Part shown: one piece after another, positions 49,701-59,000 of the stretch
Layout: every line of letters starts with the position of its first letter
How positions within the stretch are numbered: position 1 is the first letter of the stretch
Virus record (IMG/VR): IMGVR_UViG_3300008117_000001
Reading direction: 5' to 3' (one strand)
DNA from: a virus
DNA: 64,000 nucleotides
Notes under the pieces: model-generated
Told to the model about the DNA's origin: nothing
The model's database searches: none
Seen by the model: the letters and a program-made list of their open reading frames with translations, nothing else
Position numbers and translations under genes: made by a program

Positions 49701-50455
49701 CAGTGACTGGACTAGCAGCTTCCGCCGGGGCAAATCTTCAGGAGGCAATAACTGGGGATAGATTTATTCCAACCGAAAGAAAGAAAGAACTAGCTCTTGA
49801 AGAGTATTCTGATATTTTAACTTATGTCAAAAATACAAGACTAGCCAATATGGCTGAAGCATCTGGTGATGCAGCGGCAGCTTTCCAATTTAGTTCTGCA
49901 GCAAAAAGAACAATGTATGGTGCGCCCATACAGGATATTGGCACTGGAAAATATGGAACAGATGTTGAATCTCTTTCTCTTGCTATTCCTAAAAGAAAAA
50001 GAGAACACTTTAAGGCAATGATAAATGCTCCAGAGCAAGATAGAGAAAGAATACTTTCAACAGCTGGCAGATTAGAAAGAAGAATATACGAAGCTGCATG
50101 GGGTATGCAGGTGGAAAAGCGCCCAGAATTAACAGACTATTTCAGCAGACACGAGCTGCCAGATGAAGGCTGGGAAGGGTGGCATCCCAATACTAATATG
50201 GATTCTGTTAAAATTAAAATAGGCCAACACATGGGTCTTGAAATGTCTCAAATGGGTTACTATCCACAACAGATAAGAGAAGCAAATCTTGCTAATCCAA
50301 GCTATCCTCGGTTCGGTTACTCTTCGGACTCCAATGCAGACGTAGCATATAGATTGCGATCTTTAATGAATGGCATGGGGGTTACTGGTTCCGTAACGCC
50401 TGTGATGAATCCATTTGGTGGTCAACAAGTTGACATAAGTGCAGGAGTTAGATAA
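43760..50455 (+). CDS. Tape measure protein (2231 aa, TTG start)
   Basis: Follows chaperone pair; helical Ala/Gly-rich with hydrophobic segments. Confidence 0.75.
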   Translation: MIRDPGPIHNLGYSVTSRDVPTMIDEERGDAPNSSFISKALNNHPVLRFVSTAATTMASAFVLSKITKQGGLKLAKTVQDRADSGASRFASNIVNVFPKIRREFDELSGVSRMIDGNTPDQIDPYSRLVFETAEGKLTTGVIKHTDRGYHWTAGEISKSGKGIEYETAGIWGFREEAQSRLVSMARRMPYELPAMYVGQKAIVDPIFGGRDDSKVKWYNPVDVVTDFVKDSTINLVTMMIPMEVGGAAIGNARSSLSNFRYSMSDLARSTGTTDLKTRSSRAFVNLADMLSEVGHDLADITQKGLKVSAQTSGAIKAATTEYSQQRVDINAILSRTRNLRAKQIYEDSKGSKLKRARNVATQYAFGNDASGNSGYLDLFPGLRGVGSAVRQGINQFRKVGYGYDVITRAIDFDAAVQRYGAANPNAFRTELKGIVGNLQANSSNRMTTMASKIARTFGGPAGSDNFYASEFYKGIEQTEYKKVLYKSLMERTATSDRDEFARTIAKFVDDIDVSKTAMEPSRRVTIGETKILLDGDEPFDEIINRFKGTLAKTRADEFVQKVGNSDVLKDSIIDANRLFTGAQFQAALKGKANKAYKAFQEQGMVKVAGKVLKTKKADFEDFLDLDNLSYAQKDFLVKRSAQRLGMRLKTADGRDLTRGELGESLGKVGLNIKDAGQLRSFLVREKQISSGVFASGFNLLGLRRITVDEANQRGVFANVDDETKRVINQMSSSMVRADPTTTAASVSVLPDVFITKTGSILDVSGIRQSARNVGNFLANDLRIPVLGFNPADLAAKQSFNEMSGRAPFQFIQGRVSQPFLQGADKSADFYLFYSGGRTKGNVMAFNYNVMAQQYTSRTLDGTFRPLAKNSSQLLTRAARNAAAERDAESLNSLSYQEGTFRSRFFSGLSRFGMTPEREFRFREFFDINYDQPNSVFGFLSRFSRRNIDPENPRFLAQVMTGKEIPTKAGTAKRNIVKSADGTVEKINVIDVASGEEMVSEKALLEAFEGFRRRTRAAGFSRRAMKRIEEADPALATYHGQKITDLQNVQEKIDFANVLLRGVDRDANILRRQGIDPVALYQSGSRINKVLEEADLLSGSQIRSVSPTIISREDELTNEMFKFLIQRNELVSNSTRQTFGQNFIKINQALTSMAKEIPAGELAEAQAAAFGALTNLNSVRANRSFLKEIEVQRRALANVIESLESAPELAQPFISGSIERVGEIGRLGLFKKLLYPSLSTASFKISHLATDPLGSATGPGADVLLVPTFGSVFSRNPIGALKSVAGINTYSSPESYSNLSAAVSHGVERLNKYFGTVGLQLDVNQYGSPLDLFARGMVGKRVLPLYAGGMAFMTADRTIGGMVNEKDARGERVYSPFFVGAAAKAVGEIHALGAGAMPGGMSYEEKREQLFEGEVPIRQGRFWPLGNTPFMGGKIMYYRPSIYRKIETGAMFTSDTYGSPIERALFYTDISPLRPLDPYRFERKHYEDRPYPITGEYFSGPFGPLTPALNATVGRVLKPQIKMHEQEVSQALSNYAPAGQSGAYDASAYLRQISMPMLPGQAPQQQFGQASIGGAMQGAGPIMSMGMSSGGPGPGMQASSNAELAGRAGALNTAKYSTMQNIGQINSQYAQMAYGPPKTPGMMPPRIVGAGSPISVGNPQVQIQEFGYRTQEALGIYGFAGAAFRESFGYGQGDFEPQRAVLQSASKAYGMSRQFWDYNLGGLGDVPMLGGRNFGSIEFSEITRRFIPKERTGVDYLNPIQNTMGQQYPFLPGPEYYLDFTRGDPFTKVQEGELRLPGVAYERLNQLRSDETGRYGLLDQFKILGDVAPYSKQYRYLDKKIDSYLNDPSEKLEADNIRNRVASIQQKENFSEYSHVGKTAAEAGTNPLIHNISRAAEYIAHRDTFINRKFINKQTAVEDWERNNVYGATFPEWQRPFESFVEPMINKAADRNPIAASASLAAAGLFAGRTQPGKLVMSGLGAVTGLAASAGANLQEAITGDRFIPTERKKELALEEYSDILTYVKNTRLANMAEASGDAAAAFQFSSAAKRTMYGAPIQDIGTGKYGTDVESLSLAIPKRKREHFKAMINAPEQDRERILSTAGRLERRIYEAAWGMQVEKRPELTDYFSRHELPDEGWEGWHPNTNMDSVKIKIGQHMGLEMSQMGYYPQQIREANLANPSYPRFGYSSDSNADVAYRLRSLMNGMGVTGSVTPVMNPFGGQQVDISAGVR

Positions 50456-50457
50456 AT

Positions 50458-53400
50458 ATGATGGGAAAAATAGCATCCTTTTTACAAGGGAGACGAGAAC
50501 AGATTCCGGAATATGAATCTATTAACGATTATTTAGCCTCCTATTTGTCTCCTCTTTCTCCAGAAAAACAAGTTAGAGCCGCCAGAAGAATTTTAGGTAA
50601 AATTCCTACTGGACAGAAAAAGCTAATAGAACCATTTGTTGATCCTTCTGATAATATTTTAAAGTATAGATCAGCTTATGATGATCCGGATCCTGCAATT
50701 GGCAGAAAAGTTTTTGATACCGTTGATGATGCTATTCAGTATTTTTCTTCTCTACAGATAACAGAAGTTTATAGAATATCTAAACAAGATGTTCCAGTTG
50801 TTTATAGAGGCTATGCGGAAGTTTTGAAGGATATAGAAAGAAATGCTATTGCACAAAATCTATTTGGAATAGAAGGTTTAGAAATGAACATTGCTATTCA
50901 TAAAGGGCAAATGGATTCCCAGCAGGGCAATGAGGCGCTAAAGGCTTTCTTTAAAACGCAAAAAGAAAAAGGATATGGTCTACTCCTGCCTACTGATGAG
51001 GGGGGTGTAGCAATGAATCTTGTTGCAACAATTGCAGGAAAAAGACAGGTTTTAAATCTGGAGCAAACTTTAGAGGTAATGCAATCAGCGAATGTTTCCA
51101 TCATAGACCCAGATGTTTTAGAAGAAGCAATGAGATCTGGTAACAAAAAACTCGCCTCCTTGATTCAAAAGTTGGACAAGAGATTGCGCGGAGTGTTGTC
51201 ACCAAGAGAAATTTCTATTGCTGGCGACGCAATGAGAAGGGTCCTTGATGAAGTAGGTAAGCCAGGGATGTCATTTGCTGACTCAATTCTTAATACTGAT
51301 CCGGTTTATGAAGCATTAGGATTGGCTCTAGATGTAGATACATTAAAAAATGTTTCTACAATGAAAAATGCCGAAAAAGCCGCAGATGCTGCACAAAGAA
51401 TAAAAGATTCCTGGATGATCAAAGGAACTGATAGATCTAAAGAGTTTTACAAAACAATATTAGATGAAGTTATCCAAGGCCAAAGCGGTCCTTCAAAAAA
51501 GTTGGCTGGAAAAGAAAGTCAAATATATGCAGACGTTACAAGCTACCTCAAGATCGCAATGCAAGATGCGATAGACAGTGGAGATGTTGATATTACGGTA
51601 GGCAAATATGGTACAGATGTTCTAAAGAAAAAATTAGGCTCGTTAAAAGAAACTCTTGAGAAAAAAGCAGGAGGCAGCGAAGCTGCTCTTAAAGCAATAG
51701 ATCAAAAATTCAGTATAATTGATATTCTTCTGGATGAAATTGAAAAAGGATCAGATGGCTCAATGTTGATCAATACTCCGTATACTAAAGCTATTCAAAG
51801 AGGCTATCAAGCTGAATTAGATGAGCTAGATAAGCGTTACGCACAAGCTAAAGATAGACTAGAAAAAGAAGATATTCTTTTAAAGAAAAGAGAAATTCAA
51901 AAATCGATGAGCCAATTAGATGAATCAAAAGGTTTATCTCAAATAACTGTTCGTGGCAACGTCGTATTTGATCAGGGTGATGCAACTAGGCCTGCAAGAA
52001 TATTTTCCCTAAAAGGCGCAGCAATGGATGTTGAATTTACCGGAAGGTATACCAAGTATTCAATTGTTGCACCTAAAGCCACAACAAAGAGGGAAACAAG
52101 AATATCTGGAGTTAGAGATATACTAAATATAAGCGGAACTGGGGAGTCCAAGGGTGCAGTCTACGCAGACCCGATGCTTGATGCATTTCACTCTGCAGTA
52201 TTCGGTTCAACGCAATCGCAAAAGTTGGGCAGAGAATATTCACAGCAAGTACAAAAAGAATTAAACGCAATGTTGAAGGCAAATAGAATTGACGAAAGTA
52301 GCACCTTCTTCCAGTCTTTGCAAAGAGCTGCTAATGAAATGTCTAGCGATCTATTAGAAACTCAACAATATTCACAGCTTATGCACAGGACGTTGGCTCA
52401 AGAAATATTGGCAATACACAAGAGTGGAGTTCCGTTGGATCAGCATCCTAGGGCCATGAATAGAATTTTAGACTTTGCTCAGAAAGAATTTTTTAAACTA
52501 AAGAAAGGAATTCCCCTACCAGTAATGCCCGATGTTTACAGATTTGCCTTAAATGCAGAGTCAACTCAGGTTGGAATTTCTGGTGGAAGAATGTTCCTAG
52601 ATATGGCCGATTCTAATATAGCCATGGATGAAGGATTTAGTATAAATACTACTAGGGTAAGATTTTCTAATCACAATTTATTGATGACCGAAAGAGACGT
52701 AATAAGATTTCACCATGCACTTGGTGGGTTCGACCTTGACGACAAGGGTCTACCAGTACTTGGTACATATATGTCTAACGGTAAAAGGCGTTTGGCCATG
52801 GCAATGGCTCGTCAGCCTACGGGCGCAGGAGAAATGGTAGGATTTGTTGAATTTAGAGACGTAGAAAGCTATAGAGAATTATTTGGTCATAATAAAGACT
52901 TCCTTAAGACATTGGATCAAATGATTTTAGACGAAGAAGAAAAGTTGGCATACCTTCAGGGTTCTGGTGGCTCTCCGGCATTACAGCGATTGAATATATT
53001 AAAAGAAAATTTAACAGGCAAACTTACAGCTGAAGACATGACTCGAATTGATGAGTCAGGTATATTAGATCAGTTGGAAGAAACAATAATAGATGTTAGA
53101 GATAGACTGTATGGTGGCAAAGCTAGAACTTTTAATAGATCATATTTTGAAGCTCTCGGCGTATTAAAGCAAGGCGAAAGTACAGTCAATTTTTTTGCAG
53201 GATCAAGGCTTGTTGATTTTGCTGGAGTTGATCCAGGTTTAGCTTCTTTAGGTTTTCAAAAGTTAAAAACTGAAGTAATGACTCTAAATCTTGAAAATGA
53301 CGTCTTTACAGCCTTAGAGCATTTGATGACAGATCAGCAAAAAACTCAACTAGGGGCCATTAGGAATCAAATTGAGCAACTAAAAGAACCAGCATATGCT

Positions 53401-55542
53401 GGTAGAGCTATACCTGGTTCATTGTACGACGATCCTTCACAAGTAGCTGCGCTGGAAGAGGCTCAAACAAATTTATCTAAAGCTTCAAAAGACTTTTATA
53501 AAACACTGGATGGATTTGGTTTAGATAAAGACAAAAGAGCTATTGCAATGAACAAATATTATTTGGAAGCAATGGAAAAAGCAGCCACTGAAAATGGAAA
53601 TAATCTTGGTAGACACGTCAACAGAGCCACCGTAATTGCAGATGGCTTGAATCAATTCGAAAAAGCATTTGGATCCAATCAAGCAATAAACGACGCTTTG
53701 CGCAGTAAGGGTTATGTTATTGGTCTCCCCGCATCAGAAACTGCTGTTGACATGACTCAGACATTTACCTCTGGAAGACTAACGTTAAAAGCTGAAGCCG
53801 AAACAGCAGCAGACCTACGATATGGTATGGATATTTTTAAGAGAATGTATGGAAATAACTTTGACCTAGAAGAGCATGGGGCAGACAGCGTTAGTAGATA
53901 TGGAAAAATGTTTGGTTACCTGCAAAATAGAGAAGGAAAAACCTTTACTCTTGATAAGGCCTTAATAGATTTTGGCAAACTTAATACAGAAGACTTAAGA
54001 TCCTTTGCAGAGTCTTACATAGCTGGTGCTGAAGAAAGGATTGCAGAAGGTATAGGAATAGAAGAAGATCTAAGTACCATAAAAGCGCTTTTCAATAAGG
54101 GAGACGCACCTGGTAAGCGCCAGTTAATAGATGCGTTGACGCAAACTGGTATTATTGGAAGGGGAAACTTATCTGAGACAATTTCTGTGGCAAAAGAAGC
54201 ATTTGACTATTTAAACGCAACAAGGAAAAGATTTTCCGATAACCTAAATGAACTAAGAGATACTTTAACTGCTGGCATGGGCAAAAATGCTACGGAGGCT
54301 AGAGAGTCAGCAAGGGCTATATTGGATGCAAATAAAGAAATTTTTAAAGAGTTAAATGATTCAACTACCGCATATAGAGAGGCTCAAAAAATTCTTAACT
54401 CTGGGATAGAAGAGGGTAATTTTATCAGTGCTGCTAGAAGAGAAGAATTGTCGATAGGTTTTGAAGGCGCTAGGCTAAGAGCGGAAATACTAAAAACTGA
54501 ATTGGGTGATAATTTACTTAGTGGCATTAATGAGGTTAGATCGCAAAGGCCGTTGACCGGATTTAATTTACTTAATGCGCTTCAATTAGAGGCTTTAGAT
54601 AGGGGGATGAGCCCATATGTTTTTGAAGGACTACAGGATCTAACCGAAAATTCTAATGAAGAATTTGCAAACTTCTTTGCTAGAGTAAATATAGCTAAAA
54701 GGCAAAAAGCAGCTTATATGAAAGCTACTTCTAACTTACAGGTTCAGTCTATGGTGGACAATTTTTTTGCCACCACTTCTTCAATGAGAGATCTACTACT
54801 AGGAGATATTGTTGGAGGTACTCTTTTGGATTTATCACAATATGGTGATATTACTAGCGTTTTTTCTGCTAGTGGCATCAACATTGATGCTACCCAATTA
54901 AGGGCAGCCCTCAATGAAGGGGTAATGGATACTACAGATCAAAATATTGCAACCATAGCAAATGCGATAAGGTCTAGAGCCTTGTACGAAACGCAGATTT
55001 TAGATCCAGCAGTAGATGACTTTTTGAACGGGCAAATATCTGCAGATAAAGTAGTCGGCCCTAAAGATAGACCAACTGGTATAGTGCGAGATGTTTTAAG
55101 AGAGCTGGGGGATCAATCTCCTTCAAATGTAAATCCATCAAAATTTAAACGTTTAGACATGGATTATTTAACTGAACAGTTCTCTAAGCCATCTGTCAAA
55201 AAAGCTGCCATTGGAGCTGGCTTGTTAATAGCTGGAAGCTTTTTATATCAGAACAAAAAAGATAGAACAGCAGAAGATGCAGCTGGTCCACCATTGCTTC
55301 CAGGTGGATCAGCGTACGAAGAAGGGTATCCTACCCCAAATATATCCATGCCCCAAGTTGCCGGAGGGGGCTATTCTTCTGGAATGAGTTATAAAGTTTC
55401 TCTATATGGTTCCAGGGAAGAGGTAGAAAGATTTCAGCAAGCAGCTTCAGGAGTTACTAATGGATCAGTTAACAGTACTATGTATAACAGGATTCCCAGT
55501 GTAACGTCTGATCCATATCAGCAGCTCGCTAGTTCATTTTAA
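50458..55542 (+). CDS. Large virion protein, possible divergent double-psi-barrel RNA polymerase, with C-terminal membrane helix
   Basis: QITVRG...LKG (495-520), GGFDLDDK (756-763), RQPT (785); AAIGAGLLIAGSFLYQNKKD; CDS certain, enzymatic call tentative. Confidence 0.45.
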   Translation: MMGKIASFLQGRREQIPEYESINDYLASYLSPLSPEKQVRAARRILGKIPTGQKKLIEPFVDPSDNILKYRSAYDDPDPAIGRKVFDTVDDAIQYFSSLQITEVYRISKQDVPVVYRGYAEVLKDIERNAIAQNLFGIEGLEMNIAIHKGQMDSQQGNEALKAFFKTQKEKGYGLLLPTDEGGVAMNLVATIAGKRQVLNLEQTLEVMQSANVSIIDPDVLEEAMRSGNKKLASLIQKLDKRLRGVLSPREISIAGDAMRRVLDEVGKPGMSFADSILNTDPVYEALGLALDVDTLKNVSTMKNAEKAADAAQRIKDSWMIKGTDRSKEFYKTILDEVIQGQSGPSKKLAGKESQIYADVTSYLKIAMQDAIDSGDVDITVGKYGTDVLKKKLGSLKETLEKKAGGSEAALKAIDQKFSIIDILLDEIEKGSDGSMLINTPYTKAIQRGYQAELDELDKRYAQAKDRLEKEDILLKKREIQKSMSQLDESKGLSQITVRGNVVFDQGDATRPARIFSLKGAAMDVEFTGRYTKYSIVAPKATTKRETRISGVRDILNISGTGESKGAVYADPMLDAFHSAVFGSTQSQKLGREYSQQVQKELNAMLKANRIDESSTFFQSLQRAANEMSSDLLETQQYSQLMHRTLAQEILAIHKSGVPLDQHPRAMNRILDFAQKEFFKLKKGIPLPVMPDVYRFALNAESTQVGISGGRMFLDMADSNIAMDEGFSINTTRVRFSNHNLLMTERDVIRFHHALGGFDLDDKGLPVLGTYMSNGKRRLAMAMARQPTGAGEMVGFVEFRDVESYRELFGHNKDFLKTLDQMILDEEEKLAYLQGSGGSPALQRLNILKENLTGKLTAEDMTRIDESGILDQLEETIIDVRDRLYGGKARTFNRSYFEALGVLKQGESTVNFFAGSRLVDFAGVDPGLASLGFQKLKTEVMTLNLENDVFTALEHLMTDQQKTQLGAIRNQIEQLKEPAYAGRAIPGSLYDDPSQVAALEEAQTNLSKASKDFYKTLDGFGLDKDKRAIAMNKYYLEAMEKAATENGNNLGRHVNRATVIADGLNQFEKAFGSNQAINDALRSKGYVIGLPASETAVDMTQTFTSGRLTLKAEAETAADLRYGMDIFKRMYGNNFDLEEHGADSVSRYGKMFGYLQNREGKTFTLDKALIDFGKLNTEDLRSFAESYIAGAEERIAEGIGIEEDLSTIKALFNKGDAPGKRQLIDALTQTGIIGRGNLSETISVAKEAFDYLNATRKRFSDNLNELRDTLTAGMGKNATEARESARAILDANKEIFKELNDSTTAYREAQKILNSGIEEGNFISAARREELSIGFEGARLRAEILKTELGDNLLSGINEVRSQRPLTGFNLLNALQLEALDRGMSPYVFEGLQDLTENSNEEFANFFARVNIAKRQKAAYMKATSNLQVQSMVDNFFATTSSMRDLLLGDIVGGTLLDLSQYGDITSVFSASGINIDATQLRAALNEGVMDTTDQNIATIANAIRSRALYETQILDPAVDDFLNGQISADKVVGPKDRPTGIVRDVLRELGDQSPSNVNPSKFKRLDMDYLTEQFSKPSVKKAAIGAGLLIAGSFLYQNKKDRTAEDAAGPPLLPGGSAYEEGYPTPNISMPQVAGGGYSSGMSYKVSLYGSREEVERFQQAASGVTNGSVNSTMYNRIPSVTSDPYQQLASSF

Positions 55543-55552
55543 GGTTAATTAA

Positions 55553-55999
55553 ATGATATTAAGTGTTAAAGATCAAAATAAAACTTTAGCCTCCGCTGCA
55601 AAACAGCCAAAAGACACATCTCACAGAAGCATTACAGCAAACAAGTATGCTGCAAAGATATCTTCTAGTAAAAGTCCTTCTAAAAATGTAGTGTCTGAGT
55701 CTCGTCAAAAAATTCAGGCAACAGGTCAGTCAGATAAGGTCCGAGGTTCTTTTGAAGGTTTAGAAAATTCTTCTCCAGCTCATATCATCATGAATGAAAG
55801 TGGATATAGCGGAAAAAGGCATCAGAAAGCTAGATATTCTAAAAATATTAATACAAAATTAGGTGGCAATTTTAACTTTAATTCTTTTACAAAAGAAACA
55901 AAAAGTAGTATAATAGATAACTATAGTTCTTCTACGATGAAGGATTCTTCAAGTGAAAGATTATCTAAAATTATTAAAAATAATATGGCGTTTGTCTAA
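55553..55999 (+). CDS. Basic Ser/Lys-rich hypothetical protein
   Basis: 148-aa ORF filling the gap; highly basic, possibly disordered or DNA-binding. Confidence 0.65.
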   Translation: MILSVKDQNKTLASAAKQPKDTSHRSITANKYAAKISSSKSPSKNVVSESRQKIQATGQSDKVRGSFEGLENSSPAHIIMNESGYSGKRHQKARYSKNINTKLGGNFNFNSFTKETKSSIIDNYSSSTMKDSSSERLSKIIKNNMAFV

Positions 56000-56007
56000 G
56001 GTGAATT

Positions 56008-59000
56008 ATGTCTAATGTTGAGCAGTCAGAAAATGAAGGAGAACAGAATCTAAACTCTTCTGATCCATTGTCATATGACTATAGCCAAAAGGCTTTTATG
56101 AATATGATGATGATTGGCCCGCTTGGCTTGACTGGCAGTATTGATGACATTACAGGTAATCCACTTGAGGCAATCGAAAGGTTCTTCTCGATAACAAGAC
56201 CAGATGTTATTCCAGATTTAAAAAATTTTGATGATCCAGGTGGAGCAGAGGATTTTAAATCCGATACAGACAATTATCAAAAAAGAATTGAAGCAACCAG
56301 TAGGGTATTTACTTCTGGCGGAACATTATCTTCTCTTGTTGACGATGGCGCTCTCTTAATTAATTTATATAAGAGGCTAGAGTCAACAGGGCTACTGTAT
56401 CTTGCATCATTTGCTTATGAAATAAGTGAATTTGGCAAAAAAAGGCTTCAAAATGTTTACATGACCCAAAAGTCATTGGATTACCATGTAGATCCAGCTG
56501 TAGATACCCAATGGTTAACTCTTTTGAGTCAAGTAGTTTACAGTCTGCAAGCAGATCCAATATCTTTTTCTATTATTAATCATTACCTTCCAGGGTTAAT
56601 GACTTTCGTTTTCGATGCACTAGCTGTCACTGGCGACTATTCTAATGCCGGTAAAGGTGGGGGAAGAGAAGATACTCTCAATAGAGAAGAAGACGCGATT
56701 GAAGAGTTAGAGAAAGCTTTTGGTGTAGCGCCAAATGGTGAACCAATATTCACAATGGCGTTCAGAATTAATGGTGGGAATACTTCGGCAAGAATTCGTA
56801 AGGCTATAGAAGATTTTCCATTTAGAGCAAATATACCTCCTAAAAAGCCCGATATATTTCATCTTCGTTTAGGCGCAGCAAACTTTTATGTTCCGCCTAT
56901 TTCTGTTACAGTTAATTCGGCTTTCAAAACTGGATCACTTACTGGTGGAGCAATCAGGCAAAGAAATACACCCAAATATAATGCAGGATATAAAGAGACT
57001 TCAATTTCTCTAAGACTATTTTTTCCAAACTATCAAGAAATATGGGGCATGCACATAAGTGATGCCTCGTCAATAAATTTGAAAGAAAATTTTAAAATAG
57101 ACTTTAAGAGTAGTGGTGATTCAGAAGAAAAAATAGATAAGTTTCTTTCTTCTTTGCGAGGTCTAATTGCAGCTTTTAAATATTCACCTATACTCCCGAT
57201 AAAAAATGATTATATAAATTCTGTTCATGGAATTACCGCTGTAGCCCTATCTTCTATGTCTATTTCAACAGTGCCTAATTATCCTTTTTCTTTAATGGTT
57301 GATCTTGAGTTACTTAGCTACAATCATAAGCCATTTCTACCTATGGTTAAAGATTTTAACCAAGCCATTCACTGGGGTAAATATAGGCAGTATATGGGCA
57401 AGGCTGCTGGCGCAATGCACAAGTATGCCAATGAGTCTTTCTTGTTGAAGACTTCAGATAATAGAAATTCTGAAGAGAGCGAAGATAATACTGGCTTGAT
57501 TCGCAGTGGGGATTACATATATCAGACTAGCCCTTATGGTTCTTCAGTGACAAGCGAATCGGCAATTGTTGACTCTTCTTTGACTGATGATACAGTTGAA
57601 TTACTTAATACTTATGAGAATGATGTTTTGTATACAAATATAGTTTCTCAGTGGAGAGATGGAAGTAACTTAACTTTTTATACTCCAGCTGAAACTCAGA
57701 CAAAAATGTTCTTGCCAGACACTACTTCTTTTAGAAGTGAACAAGAAAAAATTCTAGATCAACAAAGTTATGGCCTATGGAATGGCTTATTAGCAAAATT
57801 TGGAATCGAGATTTCTCCTAATACGCCAGCAATTAAAGATATAAACCAAGTTAAGTCTCTTTCTTTGGAGCCAACATTTGCTTCTTCTACGGCAACATTT
57901 GTTCGTCAAGCAGTAGACATTATGACCGCTGGAGTTAGTCAATCTGACTACAGGGCTGGTATCTATAGGTATAAGATGCAATCCTTTATTTCCAGCAACT
58001 TAATTAAATTAAGCGCTGAAGAAAAGGAATGGCTACTAAAATACCTTAGTCCAGATGAGATGCCTTACGATGCAGATTACTTCTCGCAATATCCAACAGA
58101 GGGATCATACATTTTAAATGATCCAGTTTTTAATGATGAAAATGATAATGTTAGCTTAAACTTCATTAAAAGAAGTATATGGAATTCTGTTTTTCAATCA
58201 GGCAATATCATAGATACTTTAGTCATTGAAGAAGTTGAAAGAAGAAAAGTTTTAGGTGTCGAAATAGCTGTTCCTGACGAAGAAAAGGTGCGACAGCAAG
58301 TAACTGATGCATTCATGCTTTCCTTGTATAATCGTTTCTTTTCAGACGGTTATGTGCAGAATCTTATGGAGGCTAAGCGTTTAAGAGAGGGAGATTACCA
58401 CTTCCAGGAATGGGAAGTTCCCATGAATCGGGTTGATTTAGATCCTAAAAAAGCTATAGTCAACGGCGTTAGCATAAGTCTTGGCAACAATCTTGCAAAG
58501 CTACAGGTTCAAATGCAGGATGAGCCGACCTATCAATATATAGGCGGAAAAGATTCTTATGTTAATATATCAATGACTGTTTTTGGCGAAAGAGAGCTTT
58601 ATAAGATTAGAGCAATCTTTGATCACATTAACTCTTTAGCCAGACTTGAGCACTCAACTGGTGTTATTGGTTTCTTGGGGATGAAAAATATTATTACTGC
58701 ATTGTGCGGAATTAAATATGTTATTCCTTTGAATTTTAAAGTAGATACTATACCTAATTATCCGCACGTATACAATGTGCAATTGAGCCTTGTCGACTTT
58801 GATATATTCCAGCAGCAAAGAGAAAAGCTTTCATCAAAACAGCAAAGTGATTTTATTGAACATTTTGGTTCAAAGAGAAATCCATTTTTAAGAATTAAGC
58901 AGTTGTGGGGAGCGTTTAATGCATATCCCGATATGCCACTGGAGGTTCGCGATAAAAATGATGAAGTCGTTGGAAACTTAGATCCAGATTTTTATTTTAG

